In this document: positions 41,341 to 64,000 of the stretch, one piece after another
Numbering within the stretch: the first letter of the stretch is position 1
Layout: each line of letters begins with the position of its first letter
Origin: Flaccisagitta enflata
Taxonomy: Eukaryota
Direction: 5' to 3'
NCBI GenBank assembly: GCA_965153355.1
Contig: OZ231126.1
Span: 4,526,001 to 4,590,000 of the forward strand
Length of the DNA: 64,000 bases
Translations under genes and position numbers: made by a program
The notes under the pieces: model-generated
The model's input: the letters and a program-made list of their open reading frames with translations, nothing else
Databases searched by the model: none
Told to the model about the DNA's origin: nothing

Positions 41341-43388
41341 GATAGCAGACTCTGCCCCAAATTCAATCTGACAACCCCAGCCCAATGGTTTTTGCATTCC
41401 ATATAGTCAAATAGAGGGCCCAGGGCCAATGAACGGGTTTTTGAATGGATTTTGCAACCAGCTCTTTTCAAATTTTGATGCGCATAAAGTGGTGGCTGTA
41501 GTACAAATCTTGTTTTTAGGTCATTTCAATCTCAAAATTGGGTCACTTGGCCTGAGAAAAAAGACTCAAAATCCATGAGATTGTAAAACTAGAGCTCAAG
41601 AGCTAACCAGCGTGGCAATCCGCATGTTTCTATCTTCATTTGTTAAGATTTGAGAGCATTTTAAAGATGAGGCTCATCGAGGTAAAATTGCAGCCTCAAT
41701 TTCAGTGGCAATTTTGACATTTTTCACAGATTTCAACATATTTTGGCTTTGGATAGACCAATTTGCATGAAATTGGTGACCAAATTAAAGAGTTTTTCCT
41801 GCTCTAGCTGATGGTAAATGAATTTTTGATCGATATGACCCCAAATTTTTTTTTATTGACTGTAGAAGCAGGTGCAAAAAAGTCAATTTTTTGGGAAAAT
41901 TTGTCAACTTTGGACAATTAATTCACCCACCTCTAATTTGAAAAATGACCAAAAATCCATGAGCAAAATAAACTACTGCTCAAGTGCTAACTAGTGGTGC
42001 AATCGGCATGTAGCTAAGCTGTGTCACTAAGATTTTACGGAACTTCAAAGATCAAAGCTTAAGTCAAAATGACGATTTTTGGTTATTTTGGCCATTTTGG
42101 CCTCAAAATCGGGCACCTTTGGCTTGGAAATCAAAATAAAAATCCATGAGATTATAAAACTAGAGCTCAAGAGCTAACCAGTGGTGCAATCCGCACGTTT
42201 CTTTCTTCATTTGTTAAGATTTGAGAGCATTTCAAAGATGAGGCTCATGGAGGTAAAATTGCAGCCTCAATTTCAGTGGCAATTTTGACATTTTTCACAG
42301 ATTTCAACTTATTTCGGCTTTGGATAGACCAATTTGCATGAAATTGGGGACCAAATTAAAGAGTTTTTTCTGCTCTAGCTGATGGTAAATGAATTTTTGA
42401 TCGACATGACCCCAAATGCTTTTTATTGACTGTAGAAGCAGGTGTAAAAAAGTCAATTTTTTTGGAAAGTTTGTCAACTTTAGACAAAAAATTCAACCGC
42501 CTCCAATTTGAAAAATGACCTAAAATCCATGAGCAAAATGAACTACTGCTCAAGTGCTAACTAGTGGTGCAATCGGCATGTAGCTAAGCTGTGGCATTTA
42601 AATTCTACAGTACTTCAAAGATCAAAGGTTAAGCCAAAATGGCGATTTTTGGATATTTTGGCCATTTTGGCCTCAAAATCGGGCACTTTTGGCTTGGAAA
42701 TCGAAATAAAAATCCATGAGATCATAAAACTAGAGCAAATTTTTGGAAATGGGACTGAAAAAACATAAAAGAGGTACCAGCCAACTGGCCAAATTGGAGG
42801 CAGGTGAATTTTTTGTCCAAAGTTGACAAATTTTCCAAAAAAATTGACTTTTTTACACCTGCTTCTACAGTCAATAAAAAGAATTTGGGGTCATGTCGAT
42901 CAAAAATTCATTTACCATCAGCTAGAGCAGGAAAAACTCTTTAATTTGGTCACCAATTTCATGCAAATTGGTCTATGCAAAGCCAAAATATGTTGAAATC
43001 GGTGAAAAATGTCAAAATTGCCACTGAAATTGAGGCTGCAATTTTACCTCTATGAGCCTCATCTTTGAAAGGCTCTCAAATCTTAACAAATGAAGATAGA
43101 AACATGCGGATTGCACCACTGGTTAGCTCTTGAGCTCTAGTTTTATAATCTCATGGATTTTGAGTCTTTTTTCTCAGGCCAAGTGACCCAATTTTGAGAT
43201 TGAAATGACCTAAAAACAAGATTTGTACTACAGCCACCACTTTATGCGCATCAAAATTTGAAAAGAGCTGGTTGCAAAATCCATTCAAAAACCCGTTCAT
43301 TGGCCCTGGGCCCTCTATTTGACTATATGGAATGCAAAAACCATCGGGCTGGGGTTGTCAGATTGAATTTGGGGCAGAGTCTGCTATC
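41341..43388. mobile_element. 2-kb foldback element with arms of about 600 bp and an internal tandem duplication of about 575 bp, TA flanks
   Basis: TA|GATAGCAGACTCTGCCCCAAATTC ... GAATTTGGGGCAGAGTCTGCTATC|TA. Confidence 0.9.
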
Positions 43389-43844
43389 TAAGTCTTCAGT
43401 TACAGGCGGAATTCTTTCATGGCCAATAAAGAAATAAGATAGAATGCGTTGAAGAGGCCTAGAATTAGTATCTGGTCCCGTTTTTAGTCGCGTGCATGCG
43501 ACTCTACACCCCGCTTTGTCTGTCCATTGGTCGGTTGGTCAGTCGGTCGGTCGGTTAATCACACTTTACTTTTTTAGATGATTCTTATTTTTGGACCTCA
43601 CCGCTCCTGCTCCAATGGTCTTGTGACCTCAAATATGGCCCCTGCCCACCTGCACGCGTCTTCGGTAGCCGTGTATCCGGCCTTGTTTTTATTATGCCAT
43701 AGTTCAGCTTTTGCCCAAGTCAGCTACGCTAGAAAGTTTGCTTTTGCGAGATTTTGCGGGATAAACAAGGGCAGGAGGTCTTGTACATGTATGATAACAG
43801 GTCCTATACATGCATGATAGCCAAGAATAAAAAAACGATATATA

Positions 43845-44455
43845 CCATCTGGCTCATAGATATATGGACAGCTGGATAAAAATTTGCATTTTGACTAACT
43901 GAATGAAATACATATCCCAATGAATTTATTTTTAGTAAAAATATGGTATTTTGATCTATCAAGTACTTCTATATCAAGTTTATATTGGATTAGTCTATGA
44001 TTCTTTAACTCAAATCAGTGTTTCTTTTATTTCTCAGTAAGCAACAAAAATCATTGATTTTTTGTTTGGTTTCTTTTTGATATAAGATAATTCTAGAGCA
44101 ATATATCTAACTACAGTCTTCAATTTTTTTCAATATTCAAAATATTTGGTTAAATCTGACCTAATAAGGTCAAGCAGAATAATTTTTGCCAATCTATTTG
44201 GATTTAGAAGCTCTTTTTATGTACGTTGTTATTTAATGATTTCAACTGAAAACCTCTTAATTTGATTTTGGTAAAATGACAGTTTTTCTTCAAAACGCTG
44301 TCATTTGAAAATGGATTGAGCTACTGAGCTTTGCTTGGTCTTGAATAGAAGATTTTTTGTCATAGTTTGTTGATCTGCTTTCATTTTTCTATTAGATATT
44401 GAAGTTTAACTGCTATAAACATGGGTAGGTGTCCGTATATTTATGAGCTAGATAG
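43845..44455. mobile_element. TA-TSD MITE (CYATCTRGCTCAT TIR), immediately 3' of the gene B stop codon
   Basis: TA|CCATCTGGCTCATAGATATATGGACA ... TGTCCGTATATTTATGAGCTAGATAG|TA; same TIR family as 13510-13722. Confidence 0.85.
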
Positions 44456-44459
44456 TATA

Positions 44460-62247
<17,788 letters not shown>

Positions 62248-62313
62248 CTGAAATACAAACAACATGATGGAGTTAACAACGACAATAGTAACAACAACAA
62301 CAACAACTACATC

Positions 62314-62345
<32 letters not shown>

Positions 62346-62347
62346 CC

Positions 62348-62406
<59 letters not shown>

Positions 62407-62414
62407 AACAACAA

Positions 62415-62681
62415 CAAGATGGCGTAACGAGAAACCAGCTTCTCCATCTCTGAAATACAAACAACATGATGGAGTTAACAACGACAATAGGAACAACAAC
62501 AACAACAACCACAACCACAACCACAACCACAACCACAACCACAACAACAACAACAACAATAACAATAACAATAACAATAACAATAACAACAACAACAACA
62601 ACAACAAGATGGCGTAACGAGAAACCAGCTTCTCCATCTCTGAAATACAAACAAGATGATGGACTTAACAACGACAATAGG

Positions 62682-62690
<9 letters not shown>
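62415..62690 (-). repeat. Two extra copies of the acceptor plus first ~31 nt of exon 62116-62247, embedded in (AAC)n
   Basis: GTATTTCAG|AGATGGAGAAGCTGGTTTCTCGTTACGCCATC at about 62418-62460 and 62608-62650. Confidence 0.92.
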
Positions 62691-62742
<52 letters not shown>

Positions 62743-62801
62743 GCAACAACAACAACAACAACAACAACAACAGCAACAACAACAACAACAACAACAACAG
62801 C

Positions 62802-62842
<41 letters not shown>

Positions 62843-64000
62843 CCATAGAGGAGTCCAACTGATGAGTTAAATACACATAAAAGAGGATTTTGTCAAAACC
62901 GTTTCCTTCGCCTTTAATTCTCCCTTAATCCCTTAAATTGTCCGGTCAATGACCGTCTTTGCACCATGCTCGGTCTGCAGCATTATTTGATTGTTGCACT
63001 GCTGCAATGTTGCACTGCTGCACTGTCGCACTGCTGCACTGTTGCACTGCTGCACTGTCGCACTGCTGCACTGTTGCGCTGCTGCACTGTCGCACTGCTG
63101 CACTGTTGCGCTGCTGCATTGTTGCAATAATGTTTCAGACTAGGCGATAACTGTCTATATTTGCACCCATGGAGTAATGGCACACCGAGCATCAAAACCA
63201 CCCCCGACGCAGAAATAACACCGACTAACCACCCTACCCACCTAAAACATCATATGCACCGAGCATCATTACCACCCCCGACACTGATAAACCACCAACC
63301 AACCACCCTCAAACCAACCTACCCACCTAAAACATCATGTGCCATGGCCGGGTTGTCTCTAAGATGAATGCAATTGTTGTCCTATAAACAATGTGTTGGT
63401 GTATTTAATCAATTGATTGATGGATCAAAAAAGCATTAAAATGAAAAGATTTTGGTCATTTTTTACCATTTTGGGTGTCTTGGACACTCTGAGTAGGCCT
63501 ATCAGGGGTCCTCAGCCTTCACATTCATTCTCACTAAGTTCTGCTGTGCCTGATAAAGGTAACTGAATAGATAATTAGGCATTGAATTATCAAATGGGAC
63601 TAAAAATTGTAAAAAATATTAAGATTTTGGTCATTTTTGCCTATTTTGTGACTTTTCGGACCCCTCAGATGGGACCCACAGGGGCCCCTAACCTTTCCTT
63701 TTGTTTTCCTACACCAGATGATAGTATCTTGATATAAAATTTCCCTCTTTAATGACATTTGAGATGAACCCTCAACAAAAAACCTAATTTTTTGGCCGTT
63801 TTCACCTATTTTGGCCATTTGGTGGCCCTATACGGATCCCTAGAGGGCCCCCTAGGGGCCCCTGCCTGCGAGTTCTCCTTATTTCATATTCTACTACTAA
63901 TTGGCCTTCAATCAAGACCAGCCCCAAGGTTTTTTACCAATCTGTTAAGAAAAAGTGAAGAATACAAGGTGAATAGTCAAAAATTTGGCCTTTTTTCAAT

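Noticed and set aside
62264-62876. Poly-T/N/V/L ORFs
   Set aside because: (AAC)n microsatellite translations.

Overview
This is repeat-rich, intron-rich animal (invertebrate, probably arthropod) genomic DNA with a 33-N scaffold gap at 26519-26551. Most listed ORFs are microsatellite artefacts. Reading splice sites by hand gives two phase-consistent multi-exon genes on the minus strand. (A) The 3' part of a single-pass FN3/TM receptor resembling protogenin/DCC-family proteins has 10 exons from 25536 to beyond position 1 and a low-complexity cytoplasmic tail of about 1300 aa. Its last three exons recur as an inverted, slightly diverged copy starting exactly at the gap (26552-33954), most likely a haplotype/assembly duplicate. 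(B) The last four exons of a divergent class-A GPCR-like gene (TM5-TM7/helix 8) run from 62247 to 44460. The most striking pattern is that in both genes many introns carry tandem arrays amplified from their own exon-intron junction (splice site plus about 6-45 nt of exon, 2-22 extra copies). The functional copy usually sits at the exon-proximal edge and similarity often decays away from it. The window also holds many non-autonomous DNA transposons with readable TIRs/TSDs (TA, TTAA/CTAA, TTA and 8-bp classes, plus DINE-1/HINE-like elements). These include a nest of MITEs inside a 6.7-kb TTAA element inside a 3.4-kb foldback element inside a splice-donor array.
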